A stretch of DNA of 63,047 nt, the filler included, from Dicyema japonicum (lineage: Eukaryota; Animalia; Dicyemida): NCBI GenBank assembly GCA_011109175.1. It is 5 parts of 5 records of this genome, joined end to end, with 100 filler letters (N's around TTAATTAATTAA, not from the genome) between each part and the next. Parts side by side here need not be neighbours in the genome. Positions count along the whole stretch, not along the records: positions 61,622 to 63,047 come from RDEW01000080.1; 4 more parts are not named here. One strand, given 5' to 3'. The translations under genes were made by a program, and so were the position numbers. This document shows, piece by piece, positions 61,522-63,047 of the stretch; position 1 is the stretch's first letter; the number at the start of each line of letters is the position of its first letter. The notes under the pieces were generated by a model, which saw nothing but the letters and a program-made list of their open reading frames with translations, was not told the origin of the DNA and made no database searches.

Positions 61522-63047
61522 NNNNNNNNNNNNNNNNNNNNNNNNNNNNNNNNNNNNNNNNNNNNTTAATTAATTAANNNNNNNNNNNNNNNNNNNNNNN
61601 NNNNNNNNNNNNNNNNNNNNNAACTACATGTTGAGTATTTTTTCAGCTTCCCCATTAAGGAAATTTTAATAGAGTTGTATCATTATCAACCCCACTTATC
61701 TTATTCTTCAATTAACGTCCTCTCATTAATGTGATATAAAATACTTACAAAACCAATTAATGGAACTCTAATCTAAATTTGGGAGTAAAATGCTTAAATA
61801 GTTCATTTTTAATTTAAACGCATCACATGCATAGATTGAAGTAAACTGTCAATTATTACGAGAGCTAAATGACATAACTGTACTTTTTTCAACCCCAGAG
61901 TCACCGAGGTAATATAAGTGCTTTCAGTTTCTACGGTTGTAATCAACCCAAATAAACTACATAAGTCTATCAAATAAACCACATAAGTCATCATGTAATT
62001 GTGAACCACCACATTAGGCCATGTTAATTCAAAGCAGTTAACAGATAAAAGAAGCCTTCGACCAGTCCCTGTCGGGAATCAACCCAATTCCCATTTTAAC
62101 TGCTTTAGAAATAATCTCTCGTGGGAAATATCACTAGCAATGTTTGATAAATTAAAATGATTATTGTTCGCTTTGTATCTTATCGATCACATTTTACAAA
62201 TTAAACTATTAATAAATTGTATCGAGAGCTTTTCTCCCATATTAATAGCCACAACAAGAAGTCAAAACATTTCTGTCGTGTTAAACCGCACGTATACACG
62301 AGCATATTATCTATAGCTCCGCTCAGACCAGACACACTTTAATTAAGTAAAGAACGGTTATCGTAACTAATCGTAAATCTTTTTTCACAAACTCTCGCAC
62401 ACCAAGAACATTTCGAAATGCCGCCAGACGTCCCAGGTTTTCGAAGGAAGATTTCGTACTTAATGTTCCAGTTGACAAGAATCCCGCGGAACGTGGACCG
62501 TTCGAGAAACCATTGGTATTTCTTCCCTTCAGTATCCCCGATTTTCTATGGTGGATATACCTATGATAGTAATAAGTCAGTCACATGTGCTATATTTTAA
62601 TATTCCAAGTGTGAATTATCTATTGGGGCCTTACAAGGTAGCTTTCCCCAATAACCAATTACTCAACAAGATCTCCTTAAAGTAACTGAGGACATTAGAA
62701 TTAATAAAGCACTAATCGGCTCAGCAGGAGGGAGGCCTAACCCATGAGTATTCTCAAGGATGGTCGAATGAAATGCAATTTTTTTTATAGTAATTAAGTC
62801 TAACTAAATGGCTCTCTCGAAAACCATCCTAACCTGTCAATTATCTCAAGTCTTAATTAATTTTAGTAAACCACGGATGACAATTTCATAGCAATCAATA
62901 ATTAATCATTTAGCATATAAGCAAGCACCACATGGTTGACTATTCACTACTACGAAACATATTATTTTACAAGTCCATTTGTTGTATTCCTCAATAGTCT
63001 TCTTCACTAAATAAGAGACAAGAGGAATCCCCATTTCCGAGAGTTCA

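Overview
AT-rich eukaryotic DNA using the standard genetic code, from a heavily fragmented assembly. Four artificial N44-TTAATTAATTAA-N44 joins divide it into five segments that may be unrelated: 1-16974, 17075-32010, 32111-48227, 48328-61521 and 61622-63047. Host genes are compact and are interrupted by very short GT-AG introns, mostly 21-27 nt. Together with a fibrocystin-L (PKHD1L1)-like gene, this points to a metazoan with tiny introns such as a dicyemid mesozoan (inference). Hand-spliced genes: a divergent 14-3-3; a secreted Ser/Thr-rich mucin-like protein built from 26 micro-exons and 25 micro-introns; an MDH-like fragment; a ~100-aa bZIP protein; a PKHD1L1-like internal fragment; and two to three orphan candidates. 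A shortened, divergent U1 snRNA gene is also present. Most of the rest is decayed mobile DNA: about 10 copies of a CRE-type RLE retrotransposon (the two copies with a 5' end carry a PHD finger; one is full length with a 12-bp TSD), an R4-type element, Jockey/I- and RTE-like LINEs, hAT and pogo remnants, and a tRNA-derived SINE. The most striking observation is the micro-exon array at 11298-12619: tandem (24-30 nt exon + 25-26 nt intron) units, all phase 1-1, whose introns mostly keep a small stem-loop with a variable loop and compensatory stem changes. All splicing was worked out by hand from sequence; no transcript or database evidence was available.
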